Source: an uncultured Planctomycetales bacterium (GTDB taxonomy: Bacteria; Omnitrophota; Gorgyraeia; Gygaellales; Profunditerraquicolaceae). From it: a stretch of DNA of 64,000 bases. The stretch covers positions 5,129-69,128 of the forward strand of contig CAYRUB010000009.1 in NCBI GenBank assembly GCA_964427405.1, given 5' to 3'. The notes beneath the pieces were generated by a model. That model saw only the letters and a program-made list of their open reading frames with translations. It had not been told where the DNA came from and did not search any database. The translations under genes were made by a program, and so were the position numbers. Shown piece after piece: positions 57,196 through 64,000 of the stretch (position 1 is the first letter of the stretch; each line of letters starts with the position of its first letter).

Positions 57196-58074
57196 ATGAA
57201 AACTGAAGTAAAGAAGCTGGATAGTACTAAATGTGAATTAAGCGTAGCAGTGAGCGGTGAATTAGTCAAAAATAAATTTGAGGAAGTTTTTTCTCAGATT
57301 GCCAAGGAAGCAAAAGTTCCGGGTTTCCGTCCAGGCAAGGCCCCGAGGGATATTTTAGAGAAGCATTATGCCGCCTCAGTCCATGATCAGGTATTAAAGG
57401 ATTTGGTTCCTGATGTGTATAACCAGGCAATTACAGCAGAAAAGCTTGATGTAATCGAATTGCCTCAGATAACTGATGTGAAGTTGGATCGCAGCAATCT
57501 TTCTTTTAAAGCGGTTGTAGAGGTGTCTCCGGAGATTGCGCTTAAAGATTATAAGAAGCAGAAAATAAATTATAAATTAATCACGGTAAGTGCCGATGAA
57601 ATTAAAAAACATGTTGATTCCGTCAAGGAGTCGCGCAAGGCAGAAACTTTAGACGATAAATTCAGCCGTTCTCTTGGGTATCCAAACCTTTCGGAATTTG
57701 AGAAAGCGGTGGAAAGGCAGATTTTTATTACTAAGGAGAATCAGGAACGCCAGCGCATTGAGAGTGATTTGATCGATAATCTCCTTAAAGATTTGGAATT
57801 TAAAGTGCCGGAGAGCCTGGTTAGCCGGCAGACTCAGGATATGCTGCGGCAGACAAAAATTGATTTGGCGATGAAGGGGATTCCCCGGGATAAAATTGAT
57901 GAGCAGGAGAAGTTGCTTTTAGATGGGATCCAGCCTCAGGCTAAAAAGCAGGTGAAGGTTTATTTAGTCTTAGCTCAGATTGCTAAAAAAGAAGGTATTA
58001 CTATAGATGACCATATGCCGGCTAAGGTAATGGAGTTTTTGTTAAGAGAGGCAGATTGGCAGGAGACCCATTAA
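57196..58074 (+). CDS. tig: Trigger factor lacking the PPIase (FKBP) domain (N-terminal ribosome-binding domain plus a truncated C-terminal chaperone arm)
   Basis: GFRPGKAP signature and the [13 protein letters not shown] linker are followed directly by C-domain-like sequence. Total 292 aa, versus about 430 aa for canonical Tig. Confidence 0.7.
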   Translation: MKTEVKKLDSTKCELSVAVSGELVKNKFEEVFSQIAKEAKVPGFRPGKAPRDILEKHYAASVHDQVLKDLVPDVYNQAITAEKLDVIELPQITDVKLDRSNLSFKAVVEVSPEIALKDYKKQKINYKLITVSADEIKKHVDSVKESRKAETLDDKFSRSLGYPNLSEFEKAVERQIFITKENQERQRIESDLIDNLLKDLEFKVPESLVSRQTQDMLRQTKIDLAMKGIPRDKIDEQEKLLLDGIQPQAKKQVKVYLVLAQIAKKEGITIDDHMPAKVMEFLLREADWQETH

Positions 58075-58084
58075 AACGGAGGAT

Positions 58085-58699
58085 ATGATGGAGACAAAAA
58101 TGCAAACATTGGTTCCTATGGTAATTGAGCAGACTCCCAGGGGTTATGAACGTGCCTATGATATTTATTCGCGCCTTTTAAAGGAACGTATTGTTTTTAT
58201 CGGCACGCCTATCGATGATTATGTGGCTAACTTGGTAATGGCCCAGATGCTTTTTTTACAGATGGAAGAAAAGGATAAAGATATTAATGTCTATATTAAC
58301 TCGCCCGGGGGTTCGGTTACTGCGGGCCTTGCAATATACGACACCATGCAGTTTATAAAATGCGATGTGGCAACCTATTGCGTAGGACAGGCAGCCAGTA
58401 TGGGGGCGGTTTTGTTGGCGGCGGGCACCAAAGGGAAACGTTTTGTGCTCCCTAATTCGCGGGTAATGATCCATCAGCCCTGGGGTGGTGTGCAGGGGGC
58501 GGCTGCCGATATATCTATACAGGCTAAGGAGATCTTAACTCTGCGTGATAAAATTAATAATATCCTTGTGCATCATACGTCTCAGCCGCTGGAGAAAATC
58601 CAAAAGGATACTGACAGGGACTATTTTATGTCTGCTCAAGAAGCAAAGGATTATGGGATAATCGATGAAGTGGTATTAAACAACAAGAAAATAAAATAA
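58085..58699 (+). CDS. clpP: ATP-dependent Clp protease proteolytic subunit
   Basis: Catalytic Ser region [14 protein letters not shown] and a His/Asp triad context. Confidence 0.9.
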   Translation: MMETKMQTLVPMVIEQTPRGYERAYDIYSRLLKERIVFIGTPIDDYVANLVMAQMLFLQMEEKDKDINVYINSPGGSVTAGLAIYDTMQFIKCDVATYCVGQAASMGAVLLAAGTKGKRFVLPNSRVMIHQPWGGVQGAAADISIQAKEILTLRDKINNILVHHTSQPLEKIQKDTDRDYFMSAQEAKDYGIIDEVVLNNKKIK

Positions 58700-58711
58700 G
58701 AGGAGTGAGAA

Positions 58712-59854
58712 ATGAGAAAAAATTATTTGTTAACACCGGGTCCGACACCGCTACCGCCTGAGGTATGTCTTGCGTTGGGTAAACCGATTATTCATCATCG
58801 CACTCCGCAGTTTCAGGCGATACTTAAAGAGGCTAGCGAGGGGTTAAAGTATGTATTTCAGACACAGTCAGATGTATTTATCCTTACCTCTTCTGGTACC
58901 GGAGCAATGGAGGCAGCGGTAGCTAACCTGCTTTCAGCGCAGGATACTGCGATCACCGTCGAGGGTGGTAAATTCGGAGAACGCTGGACAGAGTTATGCA
59001 CAAGTTATGGTATTAATGCGGAGGTGATTAAGGTTGAGTGGGGAAAGGCAGTGGATCCGAAAGAGATTGAAAAACGCCTGGCGGACAATCCTAATATAAA
59101 AGCTGTTTTTGTTACGCTTTGTGAAACTTCTACCGGCGTTGCCAGTGATATTGAGGCAATTGGTAAGGTGGTTAGTAAATATAAGGCAGTTCTAGTAGTT
59201 GACGCGATCAGCGGCCTGGGTGCTATTGATTTGAAAACCGATGCCTGGGGTGTTGATGTTTGTGTCTCAGGATCGCAAAAAGGTTTTATGCTTCCTCCGG
59301 GCCTTGCCTTTATATCAGTAAGCAAGAAGGCATGGGAGGCGATTGCTGTTTCAAAGAGCCCGAGGTATTATTTTGATTTAACAGTGGCTAAGAAGGCGAT
59401 CCAGAAAACAGATACGCCTTTTACTCCGGCTATTTCCCTGATAATCGCTTTAGTGGAAGTGTTGAAGATGATGAAGCAGGATGGTCTGGAAAACATATTT
59501 AATCGCCATAAAGTTATGGCTTGTGCTACTAAGGCTGCGATGAAGGCGTTGGGCTTAGAGCTGTTCGCGCCTACCGCTGCTTCAGATGTGGTGACTGCGG
59601 TAAAAGCCCCCGCCGGCATTGACGGGGAAAAAATCGTTAAGACTATGCGTGATATTTACGGAGTAACCATTGCCGGAGGACAGGCAGAATTAAAGGGTAA
59701 AGTATTCAGATTCGCCCACATGGGTTTTGTCGAAGAATTTGATATTATTGCCGGTATCGCTTGTCTTGAAAAAGTCTTAAAGGAGTTAGGCTATGCCTTT
59801 GAGTTGGGCGCGGGAGTTAAAGCAGCTGAAGAGGTTTTCTTAAATAAGGAGTAA
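58712..59854 (+). CDS. Class V aminotransferase (serine-pyruvate / phosphoserine aminotransferase-like)
   Basis: LLTPGPTPLP N-terminus typical of AGXT/SerC-like class V. Lies adjacent to serA. Confidence 0.75.
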   Translation: MRKNYLLTPGPTPLPPEVCLALGKPIIHHRTPQFQAILKEASEGLKYVFQTQSDVFILTSSGTGAMEAAVANLLSAQDTAITVEGGKFGERWTELCTSYGINAEVIKVEWGKAVDPKEIEKRLADNPNIKAVFVTLCETSTGVASDIEAIGKVVSKYKAVLVVDAISGLGAIDLKTDAWGVDVCVSGSQKGFMLPPGLAFISVSKKAWEAIAVSKSPRYYFDLTVAKKAIQKTDTPFTPAISLIIALVEVLKMMKQDGLENIFNRHKVMACATKAAMKALGLELFAPTAASDVVTAVKAPAGIDGEKIVKTMRDIYGVTIAGGQAELKGKVFRFAHMGFVEEFDIIAGIACLEKVLKELGYAFELGAGVKAAEEVFLNKE

Positions 59855-59859
59855 GTAAA

Positions 59860-61446
59860 ATGATTAAGGTTCTAGTCAGTGACGCGTTATCCGAAGAGGG
59901 GCTTAAGGTGTTTAGGGAGTCCAAGGAACTTACTGTTGATGTAAAAACAGATTTAAAACCCGATGCCTTAAAAGAGATAATCAAGGATTATGACGCCCTG
60001 GTAGTGCGCAGCGCAACCAAGGTAACCAATGAGATAATTCAGGCAGCTAAAAAGCTAAAAGTTATCGGCCGTGCCGGAGTTGGTTTAGATAATGTAGATT
60101 TGGAAGCAGCTACGCAAAAAGGGATTATTGTGATGAACACTCCGGCGGGAAATACTATTTCTACCGCCGAACATACCTTCAGCATGATCCTGTCTCTTTC
60201 CAGGAATATCCCGCAGGCTAACGCATCGACGAAAAAAGGGGAATGGAAGCGCTCAAAGTTTATGGGGGTAGAGGTTTATGGAAAAACCCTTGGCATAGTA
60301 GGTTTTGGCCGTATCGGTTCCGAAGTGGCTAAGCGTGCTTTATCGTTTGGAATGAAGATACTAGCGTATGATCCGTTTTTGTCGGCTGAGGTTGCCGAAA
60401 GTATTGGCGTCGAGATCGCGGAATTAAAGAAAGTACTGCAGGAAGCCGATTATATCACTGTGCATACTCCGTTAACCGATGAAACCAGGCATATGATTTC
60501 GGATAAAGAATTTGCTTTAATGAAAAAAGGCGTGCGTATAATAAATTGCGCCCGCGGAGGAATAATTGATGAGGCGGCTTTAGTTAAAGCTATAAAAGAA
60601 CTTAAAGTGGCTGGCGCAGCCATGGATGTTTTTGAAAACGAACCTCTTTCCGCAGAGAACGAACTTTTAAAACTCGATAATGTGATTATTACCCCGCATC
60701 TGGGAGCTTCTACCGAAGAAGCACAGGTTAATGTGGCAATTGAAGTAGCGGAGATTGTGCGCGATGCCCTTTTAGGCAGAGGCATTCGCAATGCCGCTAA
60801 CTATCCGTGCTTAGAAGCGGAGGTTTGTAAAATTCTTAACCCCTATATTAATTTAGGGGAAAAGCTGGGGATGTTTGCTGCCCAGCTTGTAGAGGGTAGG
60901 TTCCAGGAGTTAGTTATAAATTATAGCGGTGAGATTACTAAATATGATTTAAGCCCGGTAACCATGGCTTTGGCCAAAGGGGTACTTGAGCCTATATTAA
61001 AGGAAACGGTAAATTTTGTTAATGCCGTATCTTTACTTAAGGAAAGAGGAATAAAGTTACGTGAATCAAAATCCGCACAAGAAGGCGAATTTGTCAATCT
61101 TGTCCAGTTAGAGATTAAGACGGATAAGGAGAGCAAGAAAGTCTTTGGAACGCTTTCCAGCAATAAACAGCCGCGAATTGTAAAGATTGACGACTATTAT
61201 CTTGAGCTATATCCAATCGGAGAAATGGTCTTTATCCGTAATTCGGATAAGCTGGGTTTAATCGGTAGCCTGGGTACGCTCATGGGAAAAAGTGGTATCA
61301 ACATTGCCGCGATGACCTTTGGCCGGGACGAACAAGGTGGAAAGGCAATCAGCGTATTAAACGTAGATAGCCAGGTTAGCCAAGAGATCCAGGATAAGAT
61401 ACGCGAATTAGAAAACATTTTAACCGTAAAAGTTATCAGGACATGA
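59860..61446 (+). CDS. serA: D-3-phosphoglycerate dehydrogenase (long form with ASB and ACT domains)
   Basis: NAD-binding GIVGFGRIGSEVA and a catalytic His/Glu region. C-terminal ACT domain. 528 aa. Confidence 0.85.
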   Translation: MIKVLVSDALSEEGLKVFRESKELTVDVKTDLKPDALKEIIKDYDALVVRSATKVTNEIIQAAKKLKVIGRAGVGLDNVDLEAATQKGIIVMNTPAGNTISTAEHTFSMILSLSRNIPQANASTKKGEWKRSKFMGVEVYGKTLGIVGFGRIGSEVAKRALSFGMKILAYDPFLSAEVAESIGVEIAELKKVLQEADYITVHTPLTDETRHMISDKEFALMKKGVRIINCARGGIIDEAALVKAIKELKVAGAAMDVFENEPLSAENELLKLDNVIITPHLGASTEEAQVNVAIEVAEIVRDALLGRGIRNAANYPCLEAEVCKILNPYINLGEKLGMFAAQLVEGRFQELVINYSGEITKYDLSPVTMALAKGVLEPILKETVNFVNAVSLLKERGIKLRESKSAQEGEFVNLVQLEIKTDKESKKVFGTLSSNKQPRIVKIDDYYLELYPIGEMVFIRNSDKLGLIGSLGTLMGKSGINIAAMTFGRDEQGGKAISVLNVDSQVSQEIQDKIRELENILTVKVIRT

Positions 61447-63164
61447 AAAGCGTTAAAACCATATTTTTTCTTCTTGCGTTGCTGGCATTAAGTGCCGGCA
61501 ATCTTTACGCTAAAGAAATAACTATCCTTTATACCGGTAGCACCCATGCCATGCTTTATCCTTGCAGTTGTCCTATCGAGCATGATGGCGGGATCGCACG
61601 CCGGGCTTCGCTGGTAAAAGAATTAAGAAAGAGGTCTCCGGGGCTTTTACTTTTAGACTGTGGCGCCTTTACCGCCGGAGGCCCAATGGATGAATATACC
61701 CAGAATACCCGGCTGGATATGCAGCGCTCTGAAGTGAACTTCAGGGCTATGGAGTTGATGCGCTATGATGCCGTTGCTATAAGCGGCGATGAGTTTAATT
61801 TCGGAAAGGATTTCTTTCTAAAGAACGCCAGAAAAAATAATCCCGCTTTTTTAAGTGTTAATTTAGGTTCGGATAAAGTGGAGCCGTATATTGTCAAACA
61901 AGTTTCCGGGGTAAAGATCGGGATTATCGGTTTGACCAATTTAGCCGCCGGTCAGAAATCAGAAGGTTTAAAGATTGCCGCGCCTAAGGCAATAGATCAG
62001 ATGGTCAGTCGCCTTAAGAATGAAGGTGTAGAGGTAGTGATTGTTTTAAGTACTTTGGGCATAAAAGAAGATTTGGATTTAATTTCTAAAGTTAAGGATA
62101 TAGACATACTTTTTAGGGGGTCTAATCCGATAAAAGAAGATGTGGAAGCTAAGGTGGGGCCTACTTTTATTGTGCGCCCCTCTTGGCAGGGCCGCAAGCT
62201 CGGGAAATTGACCCTGGAAGTTAAAGATGGCAAGCTTTTAAACTGTAAGACTGAGGAGATTCGGCTGTCAGATAAGATCGTCGATGACCCTGATGTGCTT
62301 GCAATGCTGCCGCGTTGTTATTCCGATGCCAACTGTAAGAAGGATGGACTGATCGGTAGCTGCCAGAACCCGGGTGAACTTGGCGCCAGCTGTTTGTTTA
62401 CCGAGCCGAATAAACTCAGATTGATTGTAATAAGCGCAAAGGACTGTGTTGTTTGTAATACAGAGCCGGTCCTGGAATTATTAAAAAAACAATTTCCCGG
62501 CATTAGCGCTGAATATGTTGATTTGGAGCGTGCCCAGAACCTGATTAAGGATTTATCGATTAAGGTCTTACCGGCTTACATTATCGGAGGAGAAGTAGAA
62601 AAAGAAACTAATTTTGGAAGCTTTAAAAATAACCTGGAATTAAAAAGCGGCCTGTATTTGCTTAAACCGCAGGTAAGCGGGGTATCTTATTTTATTGACC
62701 GTCCGCCGAGAAAAGGGGGCCTGGATTTATTTTTTAGCATATTTGATAAAGATGCCGCGGGGCTTCTCTCGGTTTTAAAAGAATTTAACCCAAGTTTGCA
62801 TTTTCTGGCGGTAGAGAAGGAAAACGGTTTTGATGCTAATAACGGACAGCTTGAAATAGAAGAATATCTGCGCGCCTGTTGCGTCCAGAAGTATTATCCG
62901 CAGAAGTTCTGGGATTATTTAATCTGCCGCGCCAGGAATATCAACAGTTCATGGTGGGAGGATTGCCTTCCCGAGGATGACGCGTTTAAGATAAAAACCT
63001 GCGCTAAGGGCCCTGAAGGCGCGCTTCTGCTTAAGGAAAATATTGCCTTGAATAAAGAGGTGCAGGTTAGCTTTGGTCTGAGTTATCTTTTAGATAACTA
63101 TCAGATATTTTCTTCACGCGGAGTACCGGATAAAGAAGATCTCAGGAAAATAATAAAAAAGTAA
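61443..63164 (+). CDS. Exported 5'-nucleotidase/metallophosphoesterase-like protein with degenerate metal-binding motifs and a Cys-rich C-terminal domain
   Basis: Signal peptide. ILYTGSTHA, DCGAF and SGDEFNF sit where 5'-NT has ILHTNDxHG, DxGD and GNHEF. The C-terminus carries several Cys clusters. Confidence 0.35.
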   Translation: MKSVKTIFFLLALLALSAGNLYAKEITILYTGSTHAMLYPCSCPIEHDGGIARRASLVKELRKRSPGLLLLDCGAFTAGGPMDEYTQNTRLDMQRSEVNFRAMELMRYDAVAISGDEFNFGKDFFLKNARKNNPAFLSVNLGSDKVEPYIVKQVSGVKIGIIGLTNLAAGQKSEGLKIAAPKAIDQMVSRLKNEGVEVVIVLSTLGIKEDLDLISKVKDIDILFRGSNPIKEDVEAKVGPTFIVRPSWQGRKLGKLTLEVKDGKLLNCKTEEIRLSDKIVDDPDVLAMLPRCYSDANCKKDGLIGSCQNPGELGASCLFTEPNKLRLIVISAKDCVVCNTEPVLELLKKQFPGISAEYVDLERAQNLIKDLSIKVLPAYIIGGEVEKETNFGSFKNNLELKSGLYLLKPQVSGVSYFIDRPPRKGGLDLFFSIFDKDAAGLLSVLKEFNPSLHFLAVEKENGFDANNGQLEIEEYLRACCVQKYYPQKFWDYLICRARNINSSWWEDCLPEDDAFKIKTCAKGPEGALLLKENIALNKEVQVSFGLSYLLDNYQIFSSRGVPDKEDLRKIIKK

Positions 63165-63173
63165 GGAGTAAAT

Positions 63174-64000
63174 ATGGCGCAAAAACCTAAAATTTATCTG
63201 CTCGATGTAACTAATCGCGACGGTGTACAGACTTCGCGTATTTGTTTGTCTAAACTTCAAAAAACTATGATTAACTGGTATCTGGACCAGATGGGGGTTT
63301 TCCAGTCGGAGTTTGGTTTTCCGCTCACCCGCCATGAAACAAATTACCTGAATGCTAATCTAGAGCTGATTAAATTAGGGGGATTTTCCAATATCAGGTT
63401 AAGCGGCTGGCTGCGCGCGACAAAAGAGGATGTAAGGGCTGCTTTTAAGCTGGTGCCGCATTTAAAATACATCAATCTTTCTATCTCAACCAGTGATCAG
63501 ATGATTATCCATAAATTTAAAGGCAAGTTAGATCATCAATCTGTGATTCAGGAGATGGAGGAGGCGGTAGGCGAGGCAATAAAATCAGGCGCCGAGACTA
63601 TCGGGGTAAATGCGGAAGATGCCTCACGTACCAATATTAATTATCTGATTGAGTTTGCTGTTAAAGCCAAGAAGGCAGGCGCAGGCAGGATCCGTTATTG
63701 CGATACATTAGGATGTGATACGCCTTTTAGTATCTATGAACGCATAAAATTACTTGCTGAAGCAGTAGATTTACCCATCGAAGTGCATTGTCATAATGAT
63801 TTGGGTCTGGTGGTAGCTAATTCTATTGTTGGAGCCAAAGCAGCAAATGATGCCGGGGTAGATGCTTATATTAATACTTGTGTTAATGGCATGGGTGAAC
63901 GTGCGGGAAATGCGGATTTGGTTTCGGTAATACTGGCGATTAAATTTGGACAGGGAATGCAGGGTTATAATTTGGATGAAAAGGTGGATTTAAAGATGGC
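63174..64000 (+). CDS. HMGL-like family enzyme (homocitrate / citramalate / 2-isopropylmalate synthase family), 3'-truncated by the window end
   Basis: LLDVTNRDGVQ and HCHNDLGL motifs. AAGGAG RBS. The ORF runs off the end of the window. Confidence 0.6.
   Translation, partial: MAQKPKIYLLDVTNRDGVQTSRICLSKLQKTMINWYLDQMGVFQSEFGFPLTRHETNYLNANLELIKLGGFSNIRLSGWLRATKEDVRAAFKLVPHLKYINLSISTSDQMIIHKFKGKLDHQSVIQEMEEAVGEAIKSGAETIGVNAEDASRTNINYLIEFAVKAKKAGAGRIRYCDTLGCDTPFSIYERIKLLAEAVDLPIEVHCHNDLGLVVANSIVGAKAANDAGVDAYINTCVNGMGERAGNADLVSVILAIKFGQGMQGYNLDEKVDLKM

Noticed and set aside
1-64000. CRISPR arrays, rRNA, tRNA or IS transposase genes
   Set aside because: No regularly spaced short direct repeats. 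No rRNA/tRNA signatures in intergenic regions. No transposase-like ORF. Mobility is suggested only by non-autonomous repeats.

Overview
This 64-kb window is bacterial chromosome, about 40-45% GC, from a diderm organism (AsmA, Kdo genes, Lpt genes, lipid A genes and heptosyltransferases are present). Almost all genes lie on the + strand; one Ski2-like helicase is on the - strand. In order, the window holds purine biosynthesis genes (a purF-like paralog, purF, purM ... purD, purE); an AT-rich islet with a small membrane protein and a class II Fic protein; a Firmicute-like tsaC(-LMW-PTP fusion)-rpiB-glyA-dCMP deaminase-nrdR block; housekeeping genes (cca, asmA-like, nth, trpB2, aroC, spoVG, aroK, dprA-topA-xerC, greA); nucleobase deaminases; and a long LPS inner-core, Kdo and lipid A locus. 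That locus contains waaA, lpxK, an lpxL-ELM1 fusion, a GT4-GT9 fusion, GT4, GT9, a double GT9, a deoxyhypusine-synthase-like gene, a heptose kinase, kdsB, kdsA, kdsD, kdsC, lptC/A and lptB. It is followed by tig-clpP, serine biosynthesis genes, and a partial HMGL-family gene at the 3' end. Non-coding content is unusually rich. There is a ~160-bp GC-rich repeat family with inverted termini (3 copies). A ~25-45-nt conserved intergenic motif recurs at least 7 times, usually 45-60 nt upstream of start codons. An operator-like half-site array lies downstream of fic. A ~146-nt nested-helix element, a candidate structured RNA, lies upstream of the DHS-like gene. The most system-like novelty is a 3-gene module (macro-NUDIX fusion, DUF1330, convergent Ski2/DSHCT helicase) exactly bracketed by two direct copies of the ~160-bp repeat. 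The DHS-like gene with its structured leader inside the LPS locus is also notable. All calls come from reading the sequence and the translations by eye; no searches were run.
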